From assembly GCA_033763315.1 (NCBI GenBank), contig JANRKS010000024.1:128001-192000 (forward strand): a stretch of 64,000 bases of DNA, in the 5' to 3' direction. The DNA is from Deltaproteobacteria bacterium. Lineage in GTDB: Bacteria; Myxococcota_A; Polyangia; Fen-1088. Every line of letters starts with the position of its first letter. Positions within the stretch are counted from its first letter, which is position 1. The position numbers were made by a program, and so were the translations under genes. This document shows positions 38,301 through 47,736 of the stretch, piece after piece. The notes beneath the pieces are model-generated. The model saw only the letters and a list, made by a program, of their open reading frames with translations, had not been told where the DNA came from and made no database searches.

Positions 38301-39742
38301 GCCACCCATCCGCCCAACCTCACAGCGCGGGCCACCCGGCCGCCGCCGACGCCTTCGTGGCGAACGAACCGCGCGCGCATTGGCACGACAAAGCCCTGTG
38401 GTTTATCCGCGAGAAGCGTGACCGCGCGGCAGCGTCATTGCCGGAATGGGAGACGTTGCGTGACCGCGCGGCTCAGATCAAGGCGCACACGATCGCAAAC
38501 CTGCCGCACTACCTTGAAGAATTTGAGGCCAACGCGCAGCGCATGGGCGTCAAGGTGCATTGGGCCGCCGACGCCAAAGAGCACAACAAGATCGTGCTCG
38601 GCATCCTGCAACAACACAACGCCAAGAAGGTTGTGAAGAGCAAGTCGATGCTCACAGAGGAATGCCACCTCAATCCCTTCCTCGAACAACATGGCATCGA
38701 GGTGGTGGACACGGATCTTGGCGAACGCATTGTGCAGCTGCGCGAGGAGCCACCCAGCCACATCGTGTTGCCTGCGATCCACTTGAAGAAGCAGGACGTG
38801 GGCGACACCTTCGCCACTCACTTGGGCACCACGCCGGGCGCTGACGATCCGCAATACCTCACGGAGGCCGCGCGCGGGCACCTGCGTGAAAAATTTGTGG
38901 CGGCCGATGTGGGCATCACCGGTGTGAATTTCGCGGTTGCCGAAACGGGCGGCATCGTGGTGTGTACGAATGAAGGCAACGCTGATCTCGGTGTAGCGCT
39001 GCCGTCTGTGCACATCGCCTGCATGGGCATCGAGAAGCTGCTGCCGCGCGCCGCCGACTTGGCCGTGTTCGTGCGCTTGTTGGCACGCTCTGCCACGGGG
39101 CAGCCCATCACCACATACACATCACACTTTCACGGGCCGCGCCCCGGCTGTGAGCTGCACATTGTGATGGTGGACAATGGCCGCAGCGACATCCGCGCCA
39201 GTGACGACTTTCGGCGATCGCTTAACTGCATTCGCTGTGGCGCGTGCATGAACACGTGCCCCGTTTACCGCCGCAGTGGTGGCCACAGCTACGGCAGCAC
39301 GGTGCCCGGCCCCATCGGTTCGATTCTTTCGCCAGCGATGGAGCCGGAAAAACACAAATCATTGCCGTTCGCGTGCAGCTTGTGCGGCTCGTGCACAGAC
39401 GTGTGCCCGGTGAAGATCGATCTGCACCACCAGTTGCTGACGTTCCGCCGCGAGTTGGCGCTCAAGAACCTGATCCCGCTGTCAAAGCGCGTCTCGATGA
39501 AGCTGCTGTCGTTCGTTCTCTCTCGCACGTGGCTGTTCGCCGTGGGCGGCAAAGTTATGCGGTGGGTGATGCCGAAGCTGCCGCGTTTCATGGTTTACAA
39601 CCGCATGAACGCCTGGGGCAAACAACGCGAGCTGCCACCGATGCCGCCCCAATCCTTCCGCGAGCTTTACGCCATCCGCAAACACATGGTGAACAAGCCC
39701 AACGGGGAGGCCTCCAGCCATTCCACAAAGGGCGCGGCATGA
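38297..39742 (+). CDS. lutB: L-lactate utilization protein B (4Fe-4S)
   Basis: KSKSMLTEE, DTDLGE, PSHIVLPAIH, NEGNAD, CIRCGACMNTCPVY, CSLCGSCTDVCPV. Confidence 0.95.
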   Translation: MSHPSAQPHSAGHPAAADAFVANEPRAHWHDKALWFIREKRDRAAASLPEWETLRDRAAQIKAHTIANLPHYLEEFEANAQRMGVKVHWAADAKEHNKIVLGILQQHNAKKVVKSKSMLTEECHLNPFLEQHGIEVVDTDLGERIVQLREEPPSHIVLPAIHLKKQDVGDTFATHLGTTPGADDPQYLTEAARGHLREKFVAADVGITGVNFAVAETGGIVVCTNEGNADLGVALPSVHIACMGIEKLLPRAADLAVFVRLLARSATGQPITTYTSHFHGPRPGCELHIVMVDNGRSDIRASDDFRRSLNCIRCGACMNTCPVYRRSGGHSYGSTVPGPIGSILSPAMEPEKHKSLPFACSLCGSCTDVCPVKIDLHHQLLTFRRELALKNLIPLSKRVSMKLLSFVLSRTWLFAVGGKVMRWVMPKLPRFMVYNRMNAWGKQRELPPMPPQSFRELYAIRKHMVNKPNGEASSHSTKGAA

Positions 39743-40338
39743 ACGCGCGCGAGAAAATCCTTACGAAGCTTCGGCAACAAGTGTTGCCCGTGCCGCCGTT
39801 GCCCGGCCCGGACGGACCGTGGATAACGTACGCCGATAGGGCCGCGCAGTTTTCGGCGGCGTTGGCCACGGTGGGGGGGCAAGCCGTGCGGGTGGCCTCG
39901 CAAGCCGAAGCCTTGTCGCATCTGGCGCAGTTGCCCGTGATGGCGAAGGCCAAACGTGTGGCCTCGTTTTTACCCGACGTTGACCGCGCGAACGTGGATC
40001 TGAACCTCGTCACAGATCCCCACACGCTCGAAGACGTGGACGTCACTTTGGTGCAGGGGCAATTCGGTGTCGCGGAAAACGCGGCCGTGTGGATCCAGGA
40101 AAACAGCGCCCCGCTGCGCGCGAGTTTGTTCATCTGCCAGCACCTGGTGATCTTGCTGCCCGAGCGGGATCTCATCGACAACATGCACCAGGCCTATGAA
40201 CGCATCGGCCGCTTCGGCCCGGGATTCGGCGTCTTTGTGTCAGGACCGTCTAAAACCGCGGACATCGAGCAGTCGCTGGTCATCGGCGCGCACGGCGCCC
40301 GGTCGGCAACCCTTTACCTTCTGCAAAACGATCGATAG
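39739..40338 (+). CDS. lutC: L-lactate utilization protein C (LUD domain)
   Basis: MNAREKIL, GVAENAA, SGPSKTADIEQSLVIGAHG; ATGA overlap with lutB. Confidence 0.92.
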   Translation: MNAREKILTKLRQQVLPVPPLPGPDGPWITYADRAAQFSAALATVGGQAVRVASQAEALSHLAQLPVMAKAKRVASFLPDVDRANVDLNLVTDPHTLEDVDVTLVQGQFGVAENAAVWIQENSAPLRASLFICQHLVILLPERDLIDNMHQAYERIGRFGPGFGVFVSGPSKTADIEQSLVIGAHGARSATLYLLQNDR

Positions 40339-40348
40339 CCTGCGGGTT

Positions 40349-41179
40349 ATGTCGCTTCCCCCTTTGAGCCGAAGGAACCTGCTGTGGTCCGCCGCCGCAG
40401 GCGTTGCTGCCAGCCAGCTTAGCCACCCCGTCCGTGCCGAAGAGCCTGCCGGTCCGCCACCGGTGCTGCCGCGCACGAAAGGCCCCAAGAACGCCCTGTT
40501 CGTTTACGGTGGATGGGACGGGCATCAACCGGAAAAATGCCGTGACATTTTTGTGCCGTGGCTGAAGAAGCAAGGCTTCAAGGTTACGGTGTCCAACAAT
40601 TTGGACCCATACGCCGACCTCAAGCTCATGTCATCGCTCGATCTCATCGTGCAGATCTGGACGATGGGCACGATCAAGAAGGAACAATTGAGCGGCCTGC
40701 TCAATGCCGTTCGTGGCGGCGTGGGCATCGCCGGGTGGCACGGCGGCCTAGGTGATGCCTTCCGACAAGAAACCGAATACCAATTCATGATTGGCGGCCA
40801 ATGGGTGGCTCACCCGGGTGGCGTCATCGGATACAAGGTGAATGTGACGGAGCATGAAGATCCGATCACGCGCGGCGTGCCCGACTTCGACCTCAAGTCG
40901 GAGCAATATTACATGCACGTCGATCCGAACAACAAAGTGTTGGCCACCACCAGGTTCACCGCTGAGCACGCGTCATGGATTGAAGACGCGGTGATGCCCG
41001 TGGCATGGAAGAAGGTGTATGGCAAAGGCCGCGTGTTTTACACGTCCATGGGCCACAACGTGGATGTCTTCGATCGCCCCGAAGCTTTGGGCATCACCCA
41101 ACGCGGAATTCTGTGGGCCAGCGACAGCCGCCGCGAAGACACGCAGAACTTGATCTCGCCCGCTTACCCTTCTCGCTGA
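40349..41179 (+). CDS. Tat-exported ThuA-domain protein
   Basis: SRRNLLW twin-arginine leader; GGWDGHQP, GWHGG, GGQWVAHPG, SEQYYMHVDP, GKGRVFYTSMGH. Confidence 0.88.
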   Translation: MSLPPLSRRNLLWSAAAGVAASQLSHPVRAEEPAGPPPVLPRTKGPKNALFVYGGWDGHQPEKCRDIFVPWLKKQGFKVTVSNNLDPYADLKLMSSLDLIVQIWTMGTIKKEQLSGLLNAVRGGVGIAGWHGGLGDAFRQETEYQFMIGGQWVAHPGGVIGYKVNVTEHEDPITRGVPDFDLKSEQYYMHVDPNNKVLATTRFTAEHASWIEDAVMPVAWKKVYGKGRVFYTSMGHNVDVFDRPEALGITQRGILWASDSRREDTQNLISPAYPSR

Positions 41180-41187
41180 ACGCCGTC

Positions 41188-42684
41188 ATGAACATTCGCC
41201 TCTACAACACGCTCACGAGCCAAAAAGAAGTTTTGGCGCCGCTCAACCCCGGGCATTACCGCATGTACGTGTGCGGCCCCACGGTTTACGATCTTGCACA
41301 CATCGGCCATGCGCGCTGCTACGTCATCTACGACGTGCTCGCGCGGCACCTGCGCGCGCGCGGGCTGCAGGTCACCTACGTTCGCAACGTTACAGACGTG
41401 GATGATAAGATCATCAACCGTGCCCGTGAGCTGGGCGAAGATCCGGTGGCGCTCGCGGCACGCGTGAGCGTGGCCTATGAGGAAGATTTCGCGGCGCTGT
41501 TCATCTTGCCGCCCGACATCGAGCCACGCGTAAGCCAACATCTGGATGAGATTCGCGGCTTCATCACGAAGCTGATTGATCGCGGCGTGGCTTATGAATC
41601 AGATGGCGACGTGTATTTTCACGTGCCGGCTTTTCCCGCTTACGGCAAGCTCTCCCACCGCAAAATGGATGAGCTGGCGATGGGCGCCAGCGGCCGCACG
41701 GAAGATGAAGAGGCAGCACGCAAACGCAACCCCGCCGATTTTGCGCTGTGGAAGAAGGCGCATCCAGGTGAGGTAAGTTGGCCGAGCCCCTGGGGCCCAG
41801 GCCGCCCGGGGTGGCACATCGAATGTTCAGCGATGAGCGGCAAACACCTGGGTGAATCGTTTGACTTGCACGGCGGTGGCTTGGATCTTGTGTTCCCGCA
41901 CCACGAGAACGAGATTGCGCAAACCGAAGCGTGCACCGGCCACGCCATGGCCACGCTGTGGATGCACAACGGCTTTGTGCAGGTGAACAAAGAAAAGATG
42001 TCGAAGAGCCTCGGCAACTTCTTCGGTTGCCGCGATGTCTTCGCGAAGGCCGAACCAGAAGCCGTGCGCTTTGGCATGTTCACGGTGCATTACCGCTCGC
42101 CGTTGAACCTCGACTGGACGCAAGACGAGTCGGGCAAGGTCACGGGCTTCCCTTTGTTCGAGGAGGCCGAGCGACGTCTTGAATATCTTTACGAAGCGCG
42201 GCTGCGCGTGGCCGGCATTCCCGATAAGCGCATCGGCGGCAAAGAAGAAGCGCCACCGCCTGAGCTTGGCATGTTCGCAGAACGTCTGGCGGAAAGCCTG
42301 GACGACGATCTGAACATGCCGGTGGCCTTGGCACACACGAACGATTTCCTGCGTGCAGCGAATGAGCTGTGCGATCGGGCGCTGGGCAAGGGCGGGCAGG
42401 TGCCGGCGTCGTGGCTTGCCGCCGCGCAAGGGGGCTTTTCGGCGTTGGCCCAGCACCTGGGCGTGGGCACGCAAGATCCCGAATTGTTCTTACGGCGCGT
42501 GCGCGACCGACGCGCCAAGACGGCCGGCATTGAGCCCGCCTGGGTCGATGAACAACTGGTGGCGCGCGCCAACGCCCGCAAGGACAAAAACTTCGCGCTT
42601 TCGGACCAGGTTCGTGACGTTTTGGCCGCCAAAGGCGTCAAAATTCTGGATACGCCTGCAGGCACCACCTGGAAGCTGGCCTAA
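41188..42684 (+). CDS. cysS: cysteine--tRNA ligase
   Basis: YVCGPTVYD..HIGHAR, DFALWK, GRPGWHIECSAM, HGGG.DL.FPHHENE, KMSKSLGN. Confidence 0.98.
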   Translation: MNIRLYNTLTSQKEVLAPLNPGHYRMYVCGPTVYDLAHIGHARCYVIYDVLARHLRARGLQVTYVRNVTDVDDKIINRARELGEDPVALAARVSVAYEEDFAALFILPPDIEPRVSQHLDEIRGFITKLIDRGVAYESDGDVYFHVPAFPAYGKLSHRKMDELAMGASGRTEDEEAARKRNPADFALWKKAHPGEVSWPSPWGPGRPGWHIECSAMSGKHLGESFDLHGGGLDLVFPHHENEIAQTEACTGHAMATLWMHNGFVQVNKEKMSKSLGNFFGCRDVFAKAEPEAVRFGMFTVHYRSPLNLDWTQDESGKVTGFPLFEEAERRLEYLYEARLRVAGIPDKRIGGKEEAPPPELGMFAERLAESLDDDLNMPVALAHTNDFLRAANELCDRALGKGGQVPASWLAAAQGGFSALAQHLGVGTQDPELFLRRVRDRRAKTAGIEPAWVDEQLVARANARKDKNFALSDQVRDVLAAKGVKILDTPAGTTWKLA

Positions 42685-42772
42685 AAGGATCAGGAAACGT
42701 TCCGCCATTGACGAATGTCGTTCATTTGTCTGTGAGCTGCGGCAGACTCGAGGTTACCTGGGAGGGTAACCT

Positions 42773-43690
42773 TTGCCGCAAGCAGTTCTACGCGGATGTG
42801 TATTGGTTCTTTGGGGCTTTGTGGCCTGTGCACCCGCCGGCGAACCGGACGTTGCCGATTCGGACGATCCCGATGCCGGCAGCGCACAGGGGGGCGCCGA
42901 TGAACCGGCACAAAGTGGCGGCTCGGGTGGCGAGCGGGCGTTGGACGCCGGCGCCCTGGGTGGGCAAGGGCAAGCGGGCAAGGGCGGCGGCGGTGGCGAC
43001 ACGAAACTCGACGCGGCGCTTTCTACCGATGCAAGCGGCGGTCAGCCCGCGGCGGCTGGTGCCTGCAAAGCCCTGTTCTGCGAAGATTTTGAGGCCGCCG
43101 ATACGATCAACACCAAAGTGTGGACCGTCCGCAACGACAACGGCAACAGCGTCACGCTGGACAAGGGAATGGTGGCGCACGGTCAACGATCGGCGAAGTT
43201 CCACGCCGCGGCGAACTCACGCCTCTCGATGATCTTCGCCAAGCTCACGCCGCTGGCAGTCCGTCAGCATCTGTGGGGTCGCGCCTATTTCTATGTGACG
43301 CCTGAACCCCCGGAGGGCCATACGGCATTCGTCACAGCAGGCACGATGGACGGCTATTCGAATAGCGACGATCACCAGGAGATCGCTGGCTACCAAAACT
43401 CTTGGCAGCTCGGCTTCTGGGGCAATGGCGAGATCATCTCGGCGGGCGGCAAGATTCCACTCAAACGCTGGGCATGCATCGAGTGGGAGATGAACAACGA
43501 GGTGGGCAACATGACAGTGTATGTCGACGGCGCCAAAAGCCACGCCGGCGCCGGCTACGGCAAAAACAAAATCGCCAGTGGTTTCACGGATGTGGCTTTT
43601 GGTTTTCGCAGCTGGCACCCCGCGAACTACGTGGTCGATATTTGGATGGACGACATAGCGATCAGTGACCAGCGCGTGGGCTGCCTTTAG
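42773..43690 (+). CDS. lipoprotein with Gly-rich linker and beta-sandwich (ConA/polysaccharide-lyase-like) domain
   Basis: Lipobox FVAC; LFCEDFE...WGRAYFY...RWACIEW...DIWMDDIAISDQRVGC; TTG start after GGAGG. Confidence 0.75.
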   Translation: MPQAVLRGCVLVLWGFVACAPAGEPDVADSDDPDAGSAQGGADEPAQSGGSGGERALDAGALGGQGQAGKGGGGGDTKLDAALSTDASGGQPAAAGACKALFCEDFEAADTINTKVWTVRNDNGNSVTLDKGMVAHGQRSAKFHAAANSRLSMIFAKLTPLAVRQHLWGRAYFYVTPEPPEGHTAFVTAGTMDGYSNSDDHQEIAGYQNSWQLGFWGNGEIISAGGKIPLKRWACIEWEMNNEVGNMTVYVDGAKSHAGAGYGKNKIASGFTDVAFGFRSWHPANYVVDIWMDDIAISDQRVGCL

Positions 43691-43832
43691 ACGCCTGCTT
43701 GGCTAAGTGCGAACCGCACTGATGAGAGGAGTGAATTATGTGACGCAAGGATGAACGTCCGCAATACAAGGGCCCGGCTTTCGCGCAGGCTCTGTAAGTG
43801 CGTCTTAGGACGAGAGCCCGTACCATTGATGA

Positions 43833-45476
43833 ATGCTTGGCAAGCAATGTGTTGTTCTATTGCTGTCTGCCGCCGCCTGTACAGGCCAAGTTGGCAACGT
43901 CGAAGTGACTTCGGATCCCGGCCCGACAGGCGGGGGCTCGCAGGGCGGCGCCGGCGGCGTCACACCCAGCGCCGTTGTCCTTCCCGCCGCAGGCGTGTTT
44001 CGTCTCACCGCTGCTCAGTACAAGGCCACCCTGCGTGATCTGTTAGGTGACGAGGTTCCGATGCCCACGCTGGAACGTGACATCGTGCTCAAGGGTTTTG
44101 CGGCCGTGGGCGCTGCAGGCGCGGGCATTGCGGAATCGGCTGCCGAGTCATTTGAGGGCGGCGGATCCGTCGCCGCGGCTTTCGCGTTTGGGGCCAAAGG
44201 CAGCAAGCGTTCACTTCTGACGTGTGCGGGCCAGATGGGACCGGACGAAGCGTGCGTGAAGACATTCGTGCAGTCGTTTGGCCGCAAAGTTTTTCGGCGG
44301 CCGTTAGAGTCAGCAGAGCAAGACAATTATGTGAAGGTATGGAAGGACGCGGCCGCGCTTGAGAAAAGCAGTTGGCGCGGTGTGGAGCTGCTGGTTGCAG
44401 CGATGCTGCAATCTCCGAATTTTCTATTTCGTGTGCAGGAGGGCGAAGTGGATCCCGGCAATCGCGCACGCCGCCGCTACCGAAGTTTTGAGATGGCCGA
44501 TAGGTTGTCGTACTTCTTGTGGGGGTCCACACCTGACGATGCCCTTTTGAATGCAGCTGAATCAGGAGCGCTGCTGAGCGCCGCGGGCGTGGCTGCGCAA
44601 GCAAAGCGGTTGGCCGCCTCGCCGCGAGCGCGTGCCGCGTTGGCCAACTTCGTGGCCGAGAAATTGGATCTGGGACAGCTTGACCTCATCAGTAAAGACG
44701 CCGTTGCGTTTCCGCGCTTCTCACCGGCCTTGGCAGCCACCATGAAAGCTTCCACACAGCGGTTGATTGATTTCGTTCTGTTCGAGAAATCTGGCGATTT
44801 CCTCGACCTCATCGATACGCGCACAACGTTCGTTAACAAGGAACTCGCCGCCATATACAACATCCCCAACATCACGTCTGACACTTTGGTGCAAGCAACC
44901 GCAGAACCGCTGCGGGTTGGCATCCTGGGGCAAGCGTCCTTCTTGGCAGTGAAATCCCACGCAGTGAAAACATCGCCCACGCAGCGAGGAAAATTCGTGA
45001 TGGAACGCCTGCTTTGTAATGAAATTCCGGCGCCGGATGCGAGCGTTGACACCACGGTACCCGCCGATGCAAACCTTTCGATGCGCGATTTCTTGGAAGA
45101 GCACCGCAAGAATCCAACATGCGCCAGCTGTCATAAGCTGATGGATCCAATCGGCGTGGCGTTCGAGAATTTTGATGCGATTGGTGCGTTTCGCACCAAG
45201 GATGCGGGACGCGAGATCGATGCCAGTGGGGCGATTGAGGGTAAGGCATATAGGAACCTTCCGGAGCTTGCAGCCGTATTGCGCTCATCGCCCGAGGTCG
45301 CCATGTGCGTGGTGAAAGACTTGCTTCGGTACGCCACAGCTGACAGCGCCGCTGAGCAAGACCCAGAGGTCATCGCCGAATTGACGAAGACGTTCGAGGC
45401 CAATGGTAGGCAGCTTCGCGATCTGGCAGCGGCGATTGCGACGAGCGACAGTTTTCGGTTCGCCAGTTCGTTTTAG
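43833..45476 (+). CDS. DUF1587/1595/1592/1588/1585 lipoprotein with one c-type heme motif
   Basis: Lipobox AAAC; RLTAAQY, FGRKVFRRPL, LQSPNFLFR, RLSYFLWGSTPDDAL, TSPTQRG, CASCH (CxxCH)...DPIGVAFENFDAIG. Confidence 0.92.
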   Translation: MLGKQCVVLLLSAAACTGQVGNVEVTSDPGPTGGGSQGGAGGVTPSAVVLPAAGVFRLTAAQYKATLRDLLGDEVPMPTLERDIVLKGFAAVGAAGAGIAESAAESFEGGGSVAAAFAFGAKGSKRSLLTCAGQMGPDEACVKTFVQSFGRKVFRRPLESAEQDNYVKVWKDAAALEKSSWRGVELLVAAMLQSPNFLFRVQEGEVDPGNRARRRYRSFEMADRLSYFLWGSTPDDALLNAAESGALLSAAGVAAQAKRLAASPRARAALANFVAEKLDLGQLDLISKDAVAFPRFSPALAATMKASTQRLIDFVLFEKSGDFLDLIDTRTTFVNKELAAIYNIPNITSDTLVQATAEPLRVGILGQASFLAVKSHAVKTSPTQRGKFVMERLLCNEIPAPDASVDTTVPADANLSMRDFLEEHRKNPTCASCHKLMDPIGVAFENFDAIGAFRTKDAGREIDASGAIEGKAYRNLPELAAVLRSSPEVAMCVVKDLLRYATADSAAEQDPEVIAELTKTFEANGRQLRDLAAAIATSDSFRFASSF

Positions 45477-45504
45477 CCATTCACAAGCACGAGGGCATCT
45501 GCAC

Positions 45505-46908
45505 ATGCAGCGGAACAACAACAGGTTTTCTCGTCGGACAATTCTACGTGGCGTACTTTACGGAAGCGCGGTTCAAGTAGGCTTGCCGCTGTTCGAAGAG
45601 ATGCTGAACGGCCATGGCGACGCGCTGGCAGATGGAACTCCCATCCCGCGCAAATTCGGCGTTTGGTATTTCGGAGATGGCGTGCGCAATGAGTTCTGGA
45701 CGCCAAAGGCCAGAGGTGCCAATTGGGACGTCACTGAAGAACTTGCACCGATCGTCAATGCAGCACCAGGAATCAAAGAATATGTGTCGGTGATCTCCGG
45801 CATGGACGCAAAGGGTGATCCTTACGTACACGCAGGCCCTGCGTCAGCTGCGCTCACGGGCACGGGCCTCGACCACCCGGGCGGAGACAATGGCACGCCA
45901 CAGGGGCCTTCGATCGACGTGCTCGTCGCCAAAGAGATTGGCAGCGGCACACCATTTGCGACCGTGCAATCGGGGCTCTACAACTTCTTGGCCAACGGCT
46001 CTGCTTATCACGCGATCTCGCACAACGGTCCCGACGCGCCCAATTACCCTGAGCTTGACGCGCGCAAGATTTACAACCGGCTGTTCGGCGCTGGCAGCCC
46101 AGGTGAACGGCTTGCTGGGAACGCCACGACGCCCGTGGCCGACAACACAGTGGCCTTACGCAAGAGCGCCCTTGATGCCGTGCTGGCCGATTGCAACAGA
46201 CTTAAATCACAGGTGAGCTCGGCTTCCAAACAGCGCATCGAACAGCATTGCGAATCGATCCGCAAAATCGAAAGTCGCTTGGTGTCTTTGCCCGCGTCCG
46301 TGGTCGCATGCACCAAGCCGATGTCGCCCACGAACATCACCGACGCGAAAGCGGGCCAGGGCCTCTATGGCAGTTCCAAGGATTACAAAGAGGTGAACGA
46401 AACCATGAGTCTGCTTTTGGCTCACGCGTTGGTCTGCGATCTCACGCGGGTCTTCACCCATTGCTACACGAATCCAGCGGCACACTGGATCTACGATAAA
46501 AGCCTCGTGGGCGGCGGCGTTCCCGGCAGCTTCCACGAATTGACTCACACAGAAGGCGGCACGCAGCCGAATGTCCACAAGGGCGTCGTTCTTCAGATGG
46601 GTCACTTGGGCAACACCGTGAAGGTCTTCAAATCAACGCCGCTTGGCACCGGCAACCTCCTCGACTACATGGCGATGATGGTGACTTCCGACTGCTCGCG
46701 CGGCCAGAACCACGATCCCAAGGACATGCCATTTCTGGTCATCGGAAAAGCAGGTGGCGCACTCAAGGGCAACGTTCACTATCGTGGCACGGGTGAAAGC
46801 GTTACGAAGGCCACGTTTACAGCCGCAAAGGCCGCAGCACCTCAATTGGCTGCGTTCGGCCAAGGTGGCCAACGCGTCACGGATGTTTTGACCGACGTGA
46901 TGGCGTAG
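45505..46908 (+). CDS. DUF1552-family Tat-exported protein
   Basis: FSRRTILRG...GLPLFEEM leader; PSIDVLVA, RKSALDAV, RIEQHCESIRKIE, CDLTRVF, NLLD, HDPKDMP...GKAGG. Confidence 0.9.
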   Translation: MQRNNNRFSRRTILRGVLYGSAVQVGLPLFEEMLNGHGDALADGTPIPRKFGVWYFGDGVRNEFWTPKARGANWDVTEELAPIVNAAPGIKEYVSVISGMDAKGDPYVHAGPASAALTGTGLDHPGGDNGTPQGPSIDVLVAKEIGSGTPFATVQSGLYNFLANGSAYHAISHNGPDAPNYPELDARKIYNRLFGAGSPGERLAGNATTPVADNTVALRKSALDAVLADCNRLKSQVSSASKQRIEQHCESIRKIESRLVSLPASVVACTKPMSPTNITDAKAGQGLYGSSKDYKEVNETMSLLLAHALVCDLTRVFTHCYTNPAAHWIYDKSLVGGGVPGSFHELTHTEGGTQPNVHKGVVLQMGHLGNTVKVFKSTPLGTGNLLDYMAMMVTSDCSRGQNHDPKDMPFLVIGKAGGALKGNVHYRGTGESVTKATFTAAKAAAPQLAAFGQGGQRVTDVLTDVMA

Positions 46909-46911
46909 CGA

Positions 46912-47736
46912 CTAAGGCACCAAAAGGGTGCGGGTCACACCAAACGGCGATTCGTTGGCGGCCGTTTCGGTCGCGCGATACGCGATGAATGCCCCTGCGG
47001 CGGCCAGGACCACCGCGCCCCCTGCCAACCAAATCCAGTTTCGTTTGATCCATGGTTTTGCCGTGGGCGCTGGGATAGCTGCGGCGGTGGTCACAGTCGT
47101 GACGGTCGCAGCTGGTGCCGTCACACGCGCAACCAACGAAGGCGTGACCTCCACAGTTTTGCGTTGCTCGCACTCGATGCTTTCAATCCACGGCTCGTAC
47201 CCGGCGTTGCGCCACTCAACCACGTGGCGGCCCGGGTTTAATCGTTTTTCATACACGCGGTTGCGTTCGGGGCTCGCCACCACGATTCCATCGATCCGCA
47301 ACTCACCACCTGAAACAGTGGGGTGCATTCGCAGAAGGCCTGTGTAACTTCGTACGTCATCGGCCAATGCTTCGGCTTCCTGCAATTGCGCCGGTGCCAA
47401 CACACCAAAGTCGTTGTTCATCAAGCGTTCAAGCGTTTGCAGTGCGGACGCAGCGTCGGCCATGCGATGAGACGTAACAGCCAAGTTGAACGCGGTGGCT
47501 GGATGCGGCTGCAGACGAAGCGACGCCTCGAACAGCGCGCGCGCCTGAGCATAAGCGGCACGCTGCAACGCTTGCACCCCTTGGTTGAACAACGCCATAG
47601 CCTCTGGCTCTTTCGTGGCGGCCACGGGCGGCGGCGCTGGGTCCGCCGCAGCTCGTGTGGCGAAGGATGCGCATGACAAGACGCAGACGAGCAACGTGCC
47701 TCGGACAACCGAACGCATCTTCAACGCCACTGCCAC
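46912..47736 (-). CDS. exported TPR + PEGA domain protein with C-terminal TM helix
   Basis: Signal peptide; AMALFNQG...TAFNLA TPR; ELRIDG...LNPGRHVVE...GYEPW PEGA; KRNWIWLAGGAVV. Confidence 0.85.
   Translation of the reverse strand: MAVALKMRSVVRGTLLVCVLSCASFATRAAADPAPPPVAATKEPEAMALFNQGVQALQRAAYAQARALFEASLRLQPHPATAFNLAVTSHRMADAASALQTLERLMNNDFGVLAPAQLQEAEALADDVRSYTGLLRMHPTVSGGELRIDGIVVASPERNRVYEKRLNPGRHVVEWRNAGYEPWIESIECEQRKTVEVTPSLVARVTAPAATVTTVTTAAAIPAPTAKPWIKRNWIWLAGGAVVLAAAGAFIAYRATETAANESPFGVTRTLLVP

Noticed and set aside
43706-43770. Possible hammerhead ribozyme (hairpin followed by CTGATGAG)
   Set aside because: No downstream GAAA core and no stem II/III can be formed.
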